64,000 nucleotides of DNA from Chiloscyllium plagiosum. Taxonomy: Eukaryota. The translations under genes were made by a program, and so were the position numbers. Shown here one piece after another: positions 63,680-64,000 of the stretch. The DNA lies in NCBI RefSeq assembly GCF_004010195.1, contig NC_057718.1:50298450-50362449 (forward strand), in the 5' to 3' direction. Position 1 is the first letter of the stretch; each line of letters starts with the position of its first letter. The notes under the pieces were generated by a model. It saw nothing but the letters and a program-made list of their open reading frames with translations. It did no database searches and was not told the DNA's origin.

Positions 63680-64000
63680 GTCACCATGACTAATGTGTAT
63701 ATTTAAACATTTATAATAGTTGCAATCTGCTATTTTCATCAGTCAAGGAAAATTGTGTCATACTCTGAAAAGCTAACCTAACAAACAGCATATCCACTTC
63801 AAAAAATCATTGCAAGATGTAAGTTACTACAGCAGTGAACATTTACAATGGAAGGCATGGAGAAATGATGAGTAAAGGGAGCAGTGTTTCTGTTTATAAA
63901 TGAACAGGTCATTTGGAGCTCGGTTTCATTTTGCAGTGTGCCTGTTTTAGACAAGACCAAAATTCCACAAAATATACCAAAGAGATAGCCCAGACTCTAG

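Noticed and set aside
1..64000. CRISPR arrays, operons or other prokaryotic systems
   Set aside because: The DNA is vertebrate, with no regularly spaced repeat-spacer array or long intact ORFs

Overview
This is repeat-dense vertebrate DNA, very probably from a cartilaginous fish (shark or ray). The evidence is about 10 copies of an HE1-type tRNA-derived SINE, plus CR1, Rex1 and RTE LINE remnants, Penelope-like elements (PLEs) and Ty3/Gypsy LTR elements. Most ORFs in the track are spurious or retroelement fragments. One convincing host feature is missing from the ORF track: a minus-strand first coding exon at 57376-57536, in a CpG-enriched region, encoding a signal peptide and an LRR N-terminal Cys cap and ending at a phase-2 GTGAGT donor. 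It resembles a glycoprotein-hormone receptor or another LRR receptor, so most of the window to its left is probably intronic. There are two Gmr1-type Gypsy elements with integrase before RT and a SCAN-like gag, one of them a nested stack of younger insertions. The most striking pattern is a set of fold-back (palindromic) PLE-terminus insertions that carry minimal type-I hammerhead ribozyme motifs and are flanked by 10-18 bp direct repeats. One sits about 0.5 kb upstream of the host gene ATG. Repeat boundaries were read by eye and are approximate unless exact motifs are quoted.
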